64,000 nt of DNA, taken from contig BTVJ01000028.1 of NCBI GenBank assembly GCA_045863395.1, positions 27,190 to 91,189 of the forward strand, read 5' to 3'. Both the position numbers and the translations under genes were made by a program. Of the stretch, positions 1 through 8,060 are shown in pieces (the first letter of the stretch is position 1; every line of letters begins with the position of its first letter). Source of the stretch: Myxococcales bacterium. Lineage in GTDB: Bacteria > Myxococcota_A > UBA9042 > JABWCM01 > BTVJ01. The notes under the pieces are model-generated. The model saw nothing but the letters and a program-made list of their open reading frames with translations, ran no database searches and had not been told where the DNA came from.

Positions 1-2
1 AC

Positions 3-1739
3 GCGTGCGCGCCGGCGACGGGCTGCGCCCACGCGCCAGTCTCCTGCGACGACGGCAACCCCTGCACCGACGAGTGGTGCGACACCGACGGGTGCGCATA
101 CGCCGCGGTCTCCTGCGACGACGCGGACCCGTGCACGGTCGACTCGTGCGCTGTCTCTGGCGGCGCGGCGGTCTGCGCCCACTCCGCCGCGCCCTGCGAC
201 GACGACGACCCTTGCACGGCGGACTCCTGTCTCCCCGGCTCCGGCGCCTGCGATCACACCACCCTGGACCCGTGCGTCCCGTGTGTGATCACCTCAGACT
301 GCAACGACGGAGACCCCTGCACCGACGACGCGTGCGTCCTGGGGACGGGACTCTGCTCCCATCTGCCCTCCGTCTGCGACGACCTCAACCCTTGCACCGT
401 GGACTCCTGCGGGCCCGGGGGGTGTCTCTCGAAGCCCGCAGACTGCGACGACGGCAACCCCTGTACGGCGGACGGCTGCGGCGCCCAGGGCTGCTGGAGC
501 ACCGCCCTCCCCTGCGACGATCAGGACGCCTGCACCGCCGACTCCTGCGACCCGACGGCGGGGACGTGCGTCCACGCGGCGCTCGGCTGTGACGACGGGG
601 ACGCCTGCACGGCGGACCTCTGCCTGCCATGGGCGGGCTGCTCCCACACGGTCAAGGACTGCGAGGACTTCGACGGCTGCACCGTGGACTCCTGCGCCGG
701 GGGCGTCTGCACCCACGCCCCGAAGAGCTGCGACGACGGGAGCGTGTGCACCCAGGACGCCTGCGTGCCGGGCACGGGGTGCGTCCATGTCCCCGACCCG
801 TGCCAGGACGACGACCTGTGCACCAACCAGGCATGTGACCCACAAGGGGGCTGCCTGTACGGTCCCGTGAGCTGCGACGACGGGGTTGCCTGCACCGTCG
901 ACGCCTGCGTGAAGGGTAACGGGTGCCAATACGTGGACGACTGCGCCGACGCGGATCCCTGCACCCTCGACGTCTGCTCCCCGGCGGACGGCGCTTGCGT
1001 CCACCTCCCTCTGTCAGACTGCCCCTACTGCACGGGAGACGCCGCGTGCGACGACGGCGACGCCTGCACGACCGACTGGTGCGATCCGATCACGCTCACG
1101 TGTCACAACGACCCGCCCGTGTGCGCTCCTGGTGCGGCCTGCGCCGTGGCGACCTGCGATCCGGCGACGGGGGCCTGCGCCACGGCCCCGCTGGAGTGCG
1201 ACGACGGCGTCCCCTGCACCCTCGACGGGTGCGACCCTGCGGTGGGCACGTGCGTCCACCCCCAGAAGCCCTGTGGGGACGGGGACCCGTGCACGACGGA
1301 CGACTGCGACCCCGCGACGGGCGGGTGCGTCCACGGCGAGGTCCCGGGCTGCGCCGGCTGCCTGGCGGATGGCAAGGAGTGCGAGGATGACGACCTCTGC
1401 ACCATCGACATCTGCGACGTGGCGGACGGCACCTGCGTGCATCTCGTGGGCGGCTGCAACGACGGCGACCCCTGCACCTCCGATGCGTGCAGCGCGCTGG
1501 GGGTCTGCGCACACGCTCCCGTCACTCCGTGCCTCGGGTGCGCGGGCGCGGCGGCCTGTGACGACGACGACCCCTGCACGGACGACGCCTGCCTCCCGAG
1601 CGGGCTCTGCACCCACGAGCAGCGCCCTGACTGCGTCCCCTGCGCGGCCCTCTGCTTCCCCCCGGACACCTGCACCGACGCGTGGTGCGACCTCACGACC
1701 CTCGAGTGCGTGTACGACGACACAGGATGTGTGCCGTAG
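3..1739 (+). CDS. Cys-rich repeat protein (Dictyostelium CTDC-like repeats), 5' end outside window
   Basis: Frame is open from base 3 to TAG at 1737-1739; many tandem CDDG(D/N)PCTxDxC units. Confidence 0.9.
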   Translation, partial: ACAPATGCAHAPVSCDDGNPCTDEWCDTDGCAYAAVSCDDADPCTVDSCAVSGGAAVCAHSAAPCDDDDPCTADSCLPGSGACDHTTLDPCVPCVITSDCNDGDPCTDDACVLGTGLCSHLPSVCDDLNPCTVDSCGPGGCLSKPADCDDGNPCTADGCGAQGCWSTALPCDDQDACTADSCDPTAGTCVHAALGCDDGDACTADLCLPWAGCSHTVKDCEDFDGCTVDSCAGGVCTHAPKSCDDGSVCTQDACVPGTGCVHVPDPCQDDDLCTNQACDPQGGCLYGPVSCDDGVACTVDACVKGNGCQYVDDCADADPCTLDVCSPADGACVHLPLSDCPYCTGDAACDDGDACTTDWCDPITLTCHNDPPVCAPGAACAVATCDPATGACATAPLECDDGVPCTLDGCDPAVGTCVHPQKPCGDGDPCTTDDCDPATGGCVHGEVPGCAGCLADGKECEDDDLCTIDICDVADGTCVHLVGGCNDGDPCTSDACSALGVCAHAPVTPCLGCAGAAACDDDDPCTDDACLPSGLCTHEQRPDCVPCAALCFPPDTCTDAWCDLTTLECVYDDTGCVP

Positions 1740-3851
1740 TCACGGAGTGAACAGCCACCACTCCCCACCGCGACGAGCGGCGCCGCCCTCCACCGCGCGC
1801 AGCCGGACGAACCAGCGGGACCCGGGCGTGAGGCCCGTCAAGGTGACCTCGGTGGGGGTCTCCGCCTCCACCGCCCCCAAGGGCAGCGACTCCTCCAGGT
1901 CTGGGAGCGCCGCCCCCCACTCCACCACCACATCCACGGGGCGCCGGGTGGTGAAGCGCACGCGAGCGGTGGTGGGGAGGAGCTCCACCGCCTCCACCGG
2001 CGAGAACAGGTGGGTGTCGGGCTCCACGGCATCCACACCTTTCGGGACGAGCGGCTCGGTCGCCGCCCGCAGCTTGGCAATGCGCGCCGGGCTCGCCACG
2101 GAGACTCCCGCCAGGCCGTCGGCCGTCATCCCGTCGGCCACCGCCTGGAGCTCCGCGTGGGCCCACACCAGCCACCCGGCCAGCTCCCCGTCATCCGCGG
2201 TCTTGTTGAGGGCCTTGCGCCCGAAGAGCAGCAGGTCCGCGGCCCGCCAGGCCCGGGCTGCCCACCACTGGTGCAGCAGCCGCCGGTCCAGGTCCTCCCG
2301 GTGGGCGGCGCTCAGCGCCACGCCGTCCAGCGCGCCCAGATCCCCCAGCGCAAGCTCCACGGCCTCCGTGCCCTCCTGCCAGATCCACTCCACCGCCTCC
2401 CTGTCCGGGCTGGCCACGCGGTCCCACACCGGCTGCCACGTCGGGTCCCACTTGGGCAGGTTGCCCCGGCCGTTGAGCTCCTCCATCTTCGCCCCCCCTG
2501 GCAGGTCGCTCGACTTCTCCAGGGCCCAGATGCCGAGCGCGTAGTGGGACTTGAGGCGGACGGAGAACGTGTGCTCCAGCACGCGCCGGAGCGCCGCCGC
2601 GTCCCCACCGGACACCCCATACATGGCCGCGAGGGCCTCGCTCCAGGCCGTCTCCAGCGACACGGACGGGTCCAGGGACCACGCCGCCACGGCCCGCAGG
2701 TTGATCTCGTTCGGCGTACCCAGCGCGTGGTGGGAGCCCCGCTGGACCCGCGCGACCGCCCCGATCCCCCCCGCCTCCCGCACGTGCCGCAGGCGCTCGC
2801 GGAAGTACCCAGGCGCCACGAAGGGCAGCTCGGAGAGGCCCTGGTACTCGCCGGCGAGGTCCAGCTCCACCACGGCCTCATGCTCGCCAATCTGACCCAC
2901 GTTGGGGTCCGGCGGGTTGTACGGGTGCCAGTCCTGCGCCTCGCCCTTGTGCATGCCGACGAAGGGCACGCCGTCGGCCGCCGAGAGCCCCTGCGAGTGC
3001 CACGGCACCTCCACCGGCTCGTGGATGAAGGTTCGGACGAACAGCTCCTTCCCCAGCTCACCGACGATGGCTCCGCCCACGTGCTCCGTGATCAGCTCGA
3101 GCTTCATGGCCTGGGGTGGGTGGTCCCAGGGACCGCCCTCCGTGAACTGGTCGCACCAGGCACAGGAGCAGATCGCGATCCACGGCGGCACCGGCGCCGA
3201 CCCGAACATCAGGATGACCCCGTCCACGGACGGGATCCTGGCGATGCCATCCCGGTACGCAGCGGCGCGCTCCGCCCAGATCGCGCCGTCCGGCCCCCAG
3301 CACGGGGCGGGGTTGGGTGGGTCACCCGACAGCTCGTGTGCCCAGACGTAGGCCTTCATGCCGTGCGCGTGCGCCCGCTCGATGGCGGCGTTGAGGGTCT
3401 CAACACGGGCGTCCGCACCCGCGGCGCCGGGCAGGACGTCCTCGATGTTCATGATCAGGCCGTGGCTGAGCTGGATGTGGTTCACGCCGAAGGCCGCCGC
3501 GGCGTCGATGGTCGAGAACACCGCTGCCAGGTCGTCGTCGAGCAGGATCCACCCGTTGATGGGCCCCGTCGCCACCGGGAGGGGGCCGGCGTCGCCTGCC
3601 TGGGGCCCCGCGTCCGCTGCGTCCTGCGTGTCCGAGGGGCCGGCAACATCCGGCGCGCCCGCGTCCGACACCTCGCCCGCGTCGTCGCCCGGCGCCACCC
3701 CGTCCGCGCCCCCGTTGCCGGCGTCGCCCCCCCCGTCACCTCCGGGGCCCAAGTCCGCCGGAGCTGTCCCCGCGTCGCTCGGCGGGCCCTGGCGCTCACC
3801 ATCACCGCAAGACGCGCCCACCACCACCAAGAGGATGAGCCACGCCCTCAT
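1740..3851 (-). CDS. Lipoprotein with putative glycoside-hydrolase-like TIM barrel and C-terminal FN3-like domain
   Basis: Lipobox VVGASC, D/G/A-rich linker, GVNHIQLSH, AHGMKAYVW, DLAGEYQG; start overlaps upstream stop (TGATG; alternative GTG at 3854). Confidence 0.6.
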   Translation of the reverse strand: MRAWLILLVVVGASCGDGERQGPPSDAGTAPADLGPGGDGGGDAGNGGADGVAPGDDAGEVSDAGAPDVAGPSDTQDAADAGPQAGDAGPLPVATGPINGWILLDDDLAAVFSTIDAAAAFGVNHIQLSHGLIMNIEDVLPGAAGADARVETLNAAIERAHAHGMKAYVWAHELSGDPPNPAPCWGPDGAIWAERAAAYRDGIARIPSVDGVILMFGSAPVPPWIAICSCAWCDQFTEGGPWDHPPQAMKLELITEHVGGAIVGELGKELFVRTFIHEPVEVPWHSQGLSAADGVPFVGMHKGEAQDWHPYNPPDPNVGQIGEHEAVVELDLAGEYQGLSELPFVAPGYFRERLRHVREAGGIGAVARVQRGSHHALGTPNEINLRAVAAWSLDPSVSLETAWSEALAAMYGVSGGDAAALRRVLEHTFSVRLKSHYALGIWALEKSSDLPGGAKMEELNGRGNLPKWDPTWQPVWDRVASPDREAVEWIWQEGTEAVELALGDLGALDGVALSAAHREDLDRRLLHQWWAARAWRAADLLLFGRKALNKTADDGELAGWLVWAHAELQAVADGMTADGLAGVSVASPARIAKLRAATEPLVPKGVDAVEPDTHLFSPVEAVELLPTTARVRFTTRRPVDVVVEWGAALPDLEESLPLGAVEAETPTEVTLTGLTPGSRWFVRLRAVEGGAARRGGEWWLFTP

Positions 3852-5488
3852 CACGCCTCCGCCTCCGCCTCACCCCACTTCTGGAGCCGCCGGTACAGGG
3901 TCGCGAGCCCGATTCCCAGGTCCCGGGCCGTCTGGGCGCGGTTGCCGTCGTTCCTGCCGAGGGTGGCCAGGATGACCTCTCGCTCCACGTCCTCCAGGGT
4001 GCGCCCGACGGAGAAGCCCGCGTGGAAGGAGAACCCGCCCCGCACCTCCTCCGGCAGATCGGCCGCGGCGATGCGCCCGCCGTCCGCCATGACCACGGCG
4101 CGCTCCACGGCGTTCTGCAGCTCGCGGACGTTCCCCGGCCACGTGTAGCGCAGCATCAGGTCCGCCGCCTCGGAGGTGAACGAGTCCAGACGGCGACCGG
4201 CGGCACGGCTGGCATCGACAAGGAACGTGCGCGCCAGCGGCAGGATGTCATCCTTCCTGGCCCGAAGCGGCGGGATCTCGATCTCGATGACCCGCAGGCG
4301 GTAGAACAGGTCCTGGCGGAAGCGCCCCGCGGCGACCTCCTCCTTGAGGTTCCGGTTGGTGGCCGCGAGCACCCGCACGTCCACCTTGCGGCTCCTGTTC
4401 TCGCCCACCCGCCGGACCTCCCGCTCCTGGAGCACCCGCAGCAGCTTCACCTGCATGGCGGGCGAGATCTCTCCGATCTCGTCCAGGAACAGCGTGCCCC
4501 CCGCCGCCGCCTCGAAGAGCCCCGGCCTGTCCGACGTCGCCCCCGTGAAGGCCCCCCGGGCGTGGCCGAACAGCTCGCTCTCCAGGAGCGTGTCCGTCAC
4601 GGCGCCGCAGTTGATGGCGAGCATGGGCCCGGCCTCACGCGCCGACCGCTCGTGGATGAGCTGGGCGAGCCGCTCCTTGCCGACGCCGCTCTCCCCGGTG
4701 ATCAGAACGGAGGAGTCCACCTTCGCCACCCGGTGGGCCAGCTCGATGACCTTTCGCATGGCCTCGCTGCGCACCACGAGGCCCCCGGCGTCCCGCTCGC
4801 CCGGATCCACCCGGCGCAGCTCACGCCGGCGCCTTCGGACCTTGCGCTCGAGGTCCCGCAGCGACTGGGTCAGGCGCTCGAGCTCCCCCCCAACGCACCT
4901 CTTCTCATAGAAGGCGGCCTCCGGGCCGAGCGCGGCCCCCCACTCCTCCTTCGGGCGCCCCACCAGGTGGCACACCGGGTCGCCCTTGCCCTGGCACCGG
5001 GTCTCCACGCAGATGACCGGTCGCTGGTTGCAGTAGCTCAGGTAGCCGCTGGCGAAGCCCGTCAGGGACCAGCAGACCGGCTCCTCGGAGCGTCCGACCA
5101 GAAGCAGGTGCTGCTCCGCCTCATAGCTGTCGTGCCAGATGGACTCAGCGAAGGGCGGCGAGGGATCCCCTTCCCGCGGCGGCACCGCCTCCATGCGCAC
5201 CATGCCCTGCAGGGTGTGGAGCCTGCCGCCGGCGATGCGCCACTGGCGCTCGTCGTCCCACGGGAAGTGGTCGCGGAGGCTCTCGGCCACACGCCACCCG
5301 TGGGCGTAGCCGAAGCGGGTCATGACCCCGCGGGCGCCGTGGAGCCCGAGCAGGTCGATGAGCTCGCGGCGCAGCAAGCCCAGTGCAACTGCGTCCATGA
5401 GCAGCACGCGCTGCCCGGCGAAGAGGTGCACGCCCCCCTGTGGTGCAGCGTCGAGCAGCTCGCGAATGTCCAGGTCCTCGATGTTCAT
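3851..5488 (-). CDS. Sigma-54-dependent activator, XylR/DmpR family (XylR_N, V4R, AAA+, HTH)
   Basis: GESGVGKE Walker A, ESELFGH, GAFTGA, LFLDEIGE, WPGNVRELQN, C-terminal HTH; V4R Cys/Glu residues (VCW..ETRC..PVC). Confidence 0.95.
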   Translation of the reverse strand: MNIEDLDIRELLDAAPQGGVHLFAGQRVLLMDAVALGLLRRELIDLLGLHGARGVMTRFGYAHGWRVAESLRDHFPWDDERQWRIAGGRLHTLQGMVRMEAVPPREGDPSPPFAESIWHDSYEAEQHLLLVGRSEEPVCWSLTGFASGYLSYCNQRPVICVETRCQGKGDPVCHLVGRPKEEWGAALGPEAAFYEKRCVGGELERLTQSLRDLERKVRRRRRELRRVDPGERDAGGLVVRSEAMRKVIELAHRVAKVDSSVLITGESGVGKERLAQLIHERSAREAGPMLAINCGAVTDTLLESELFGHARGAFTGATSDRPGLFEAAAGGTLFLDEIGEISPAMQVKLLRVLQEREVRRVGENRSRKVDVRVLAATNRNLKEEVAAGRFRQDLFYRLRVIEIEIPPLRARKDDILPLARTFLVDASRAAGRRLDSFTSEAADLMLRYTWPGNVRELQNAVERAVVMADGGRIAAADLPEEVRGGFSFHAGFSVGRTLEDVEREVILATLGRNDGNRAQTARDLGIGLATLYRRLQKWGEAEAEA

Positions 5489-5521
5489 CCTTCCTCCCGG
5501 CGCCTCGGTTCGAGACAGACC

Positions 5522-5536
5522 CTATCAAAGTGAGAG
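5522..5536. promoter_or_regulatory. Candidate activator-binding site (imperfect palindrome CTATCA-aag-TGAGAG)
   Basis: TCA-N3-TGA dyad about 65-80 bp upstream of the sigma-54 promoter, next to the activator gene. Confidence 0.35.
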
Positions 5537-5601
5537 CAGTCCTGCGAGGAGGATCGGCGCTTGCCCGCGTAACGACAGAGGATCGGGGGCGCGACACCGT
5601 G

Positions 5602-5617
5602 TGGCACGCTCGTTGCA
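5602..5617 (+). promoter_or_regulatory. Sigma-54 -24/-12 promoter
   Basis: TGGCACGCTCGTTGCA matches TGGCAC-N5-TTGCW exactly; lies upstream of yceI and adjacent to a sigma-54 activator gene. Confidence 0.9.
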
Positions 5618-5681
5618 AAGACAAGCTCCAGACACCGCCCGATTTGGTGGACAAGCCAACGAAACACAAGGAGAAACGCCC

Positions 5682-6299
5682 ATGAAGTCTGGAATCGCCG
5701 CCGCCCTCGCGCTCCTGTTCATCGCCCCCGTCGCCTCGGCCGCGGACTACGAGATTCGTCCCGCCACGAGCCGCGTCAGCTTCACCAGCGACGCCCCCTT
5801 CGAGACCATCGTCGGCACGACGTCGTCCGTGGAGGGCACCATCAGCGTGAGCCCCGCAGCCCCTGCCACGGGCGCCAAGGCCACCGTCAAGGTGGACATC
5901 GCGAGCCTCAAGACCGGCGTCGACATGCGGGACGAGCACCTGCGGGGCGAGAGCTGGCTCGACGCCGCGAAGCACTCCCACGCCACCTTCGAGCTGGAGC
6001 GCCTGGAGCTCCCCGCCGGCGCGAAGATCGAGATCGACAAGAAGGTCCAGGGCACGGTGCACGGCAAGCTGACCATCAAGGGCAAGACCCAGACGGTCAA
6101 GGCCCCGGTCACGGTGGGCCTGTTCGCGCCCAACCCCAAGCTGGCAAAGATGGGCCTCGACGGAGAGGTGCTGCGCGCCAAGACGTCCTTCGACGTCGCG
6201 CTGCGCGACTTCGGGGTGGTCGTGCCGGACAACCTCGCCGGGCTCAAGGTCGCCGACACGGTGAACATCGCCATGGACATCACCGCGCTGAAGAAGTAG
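5682..6299 (+). CDS. YceI family periplasmic lipid/polyisoprenoid-binding protein
   Basis: RBS AAGGAG, signal peptide ending ASA-A, SLKTGVDMRDEHL, WLDAAKH, GKLTIKG. Confidence 0.92.
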   Translation: MKSGIAAALALLFIAPVASAADYEIRPATSRVSFTSDAPFETIVGTTSSVEGTISVSPAAPATGAKATVKVDIASLKTGVDMRDEHLRGESWLDAAKHSHATFELERLELPAGAKIEIDKKVQGTVHGKLTIKGKTQTVKAPVTVGLFAPNPKLAKMGLDGEVLRAKTSFDVALRDFGVVVPDNLAGLKVADTVNIAMDITALKK

Positions 6300-6309
6300 C
6301 CCCCTGGCC

Positions 6310-6342
6310 CCGCGCGGCAGATGGCGCTACCCTGCCGCGCGG
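6310..6342 (+). other. Intergenic stem-loop (11-bp GC stem) overlapping the RBS of the DUF692 gene
   Basis: CCGCGCGGCAG (6310-6320) pairs with CTGCCGCGCGG (6332-6342); GGAGG at 6341-6345. Confidence 0.6.
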
Positions 6343-6354
6343 AGGTCCTCGGCC

Positions 6355-7254
6355 ATGTCCTTCCTCGACCGCGTGCGCTCTCTCCCCACCCTGGGCATCG
6401 GCGTCTCGACCGAGTACGGCGCCGCAGACGCCCGAGGCTCCCTGGACCCGCTGGCGCTCCGCCGCTCTCATCCCCGGTTTTGCGCCTTCCTGGAGGTCGG
6501 GGTCGAGACCGCCAAGGGCCTCGACCGCCACGCGCTCGCCTGGGCGCGCGCCGGCCTGCCGACCACGTACCACTTCCTCGACGTGAACCTGGACGAGCCA
6601 GAGGACCTGGACCCGGGCTGGCTCGGCGAGGTGCGCGACGTGGTGGGCACCCTGCGCCCCGCCTGGCTCTGTGGCGACGCCGGCCTGTGGCACTTCGGCC
6701 CCCGGGAGCGCGGGCACATGCTGCTCCTGCCGCCGGTGCTCACGCCGTCCCAGTCCGCGGCCATGGCGGACGGCGTCGCCGCGCTGCGGGACGCCGTGGG
6801 CCTGGAGGTGCTGCCGGAGAACCCGCCGGGCCAGGTCTTCCTCGGCGACTGGCACCTCCTCGACTTCTTCGCGGACCTGTGCGAGCGCGCCGACACGGGG
6901 ATGGTGCTCGACGCCGCCCACCTGGCCATCTTCCAGCGGGTGCGGGGCCTCGACGCCCTCGCCGGCTTCGACGGCTTCCCCCTGGAGCGCATCGTGGAGG
7001 TCCACGTGGCGGGAGCGAGTCTGGGTGAGGTCGTCGGATACTCCTTCATCGAGGACGACCACAGCCCTGCCGTGCTGCCCGAGACGTGGCGCATCTTGGA
7101 GCACGTCGCGCGCGCACCCAACCTGCGGGCGGTCGTCTTCGAGTGCGAGCGCAACCGCGTCTCCGAGGCGCTGCCCGGCTTCGAGCGCATCGCCGCGACG
7201 CTGGACGCTGCGGGCGCGTTCGCTGGCGCCCTGCAGGCATGGGAGACACCATGA
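6355..7254 (+). CDS. DUF692 family multinuclear non-heme iron oxidase (MNIO)
   Basis: LGIG N-terminus, LEV, H, LPENPP, LDAAHL, EVHVAG, DDH, VFECE pattern of the DUF692 TIM barrel. Confidence 0.88.
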   Translation: MSFLDRVRSLPTLGIGVSTEYGAADARGSLDPLALRRSHPRFCAFLEVGVETAKGLDRHALAWARAGLPTTYHFLDVNLDEPEDLDPGWLGEVRDVVGTLRPAWLCGDAGLWHFGPRERGHMLLLPPVLTPSQSAAMADGVAALRDAVGLEVLPENPPGQVFLGDWHLLDFFADLCERADTGMVLDAAHLAIFQRVRGLDALAGFDGFPLERIVEVHVAGASLGEVVGYSFIEDDHSPAVLPETWRILEHVARAPNLRAVVFECERNRVSEALPGFERIAATLDAAGAFAGALQAWETP

Positions 7255-8060
7255 GCCACACCGCGCTACAGCGCGCGCTCGTGCGCATGCTCTACGATCC
7301 GGCGCTGGTCGCCGCGGTCTACGCCGACCCGAGCTGCCTCGGCCTGGGCCCCGAAGAGCAGCGCTGGCTCACCGCCCAGGACCCCCGCGCCTACGCCACG
7401 GACCCTCACCGGCGGGGCCGGACCCTCGCGGCGCTCATCGAGGAGCTGCCGGCGGCCTCGGCCCTGGCCGCCCGCGCCGGGGGCGCGTCTGCGCTGGATG
7501 CCTTCTTCTCGTCGGCGCGCTTCCACGGGTGCATCGAGACGCGGGGCTCCCTCGCCGAGGCCTACGCCGAGCACCTGGCCGGGCTCACGGGCCGCGAGCG
7601 GCGCCTGGCCCCGGTGGCGAGCCTGGAGGGAGCCATCGCCCGGGCGCGGCGCGCCCGGCCCTCGGCGCGGGGCGCGGGCCTCCTCGTGACCGCGCCCGGC
7701 GTCGTCGCCCTGCGGCTCTGCGGAGGCACGTTGGCGCTGCGGCAGGCGGTCATCGCCGCCCTGTCCGCCCACGAAGACGGGCTGGTCGCCGCCGTGGTGG
7801 ACCGCTCCCTGCGGCTGCCGGCGCGGCGCCTCGACCCCGCTACGCCGGAGGAGCTGCTGGTGGAGCGCGCCGCGGACGGCGGCATTGGCGTCAGCGAGGG
7901 GTCCGCCGCCCTCGGGGAGCTGCTGCGCGCTTGCGCCAGCCCCGTTCCCCGCGACGTGGCCCTGGCGGAGGCCCGCCGCCACGGCCTCGAGCCCGGGGAG
8001 GACGCCGAGGTGGTCGACGGCCTGATCACCGACGGCCTGCTGCTGGAGGTGTCCCCATGA
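7251..8060 (+). CDS. MNIO partner protein (DUF2063/RRE-like)
   Basis: ATGA overlap with the DUF692 gene; helical N-terminus, 'VASLEGAIAR' motif, winged-helix-like C-terminus (LGELLRAC..VVDGLITDGLL). Confidence 0.65.
   Translation: MSHTALQRALVRMLYDPALVAAVYADPSCLGLGPEEQRWLTAQDPRAYATDPHRRGRTLAALIEELPAASALAARAGGASALDAFFSSARFHGCIETRGSLAEAYAEHLAGLTGRERRLAPVASLEGAIARARRARPSARGAGLLVTAPGVVALRLCGGTLALRQAVIAALSAHEDGLVAAVVDRSLRLPARRLDPATPEELLVERAADGGIGVSEGSAALGELLRACASPVPRDVALAEARRHGLEPGEDAEVVDGLITDGLLLEVSP

Noticed and set aside
3..1739. Multiheme cytochrome or metallothionein call for the Cys-rich proteins
   Set aside because: Cys spacing follows the CDDGxxCTxDxC disulfide repeat, not CxxCH; the complete paralogue is an exported lipoprotein
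6671..8056. N-terminal extension making the GH36 ORF 1112 aa
   Set aside because: It overlaps the MNIO and partner genes; the real start with RBS and lipobox is at 8057
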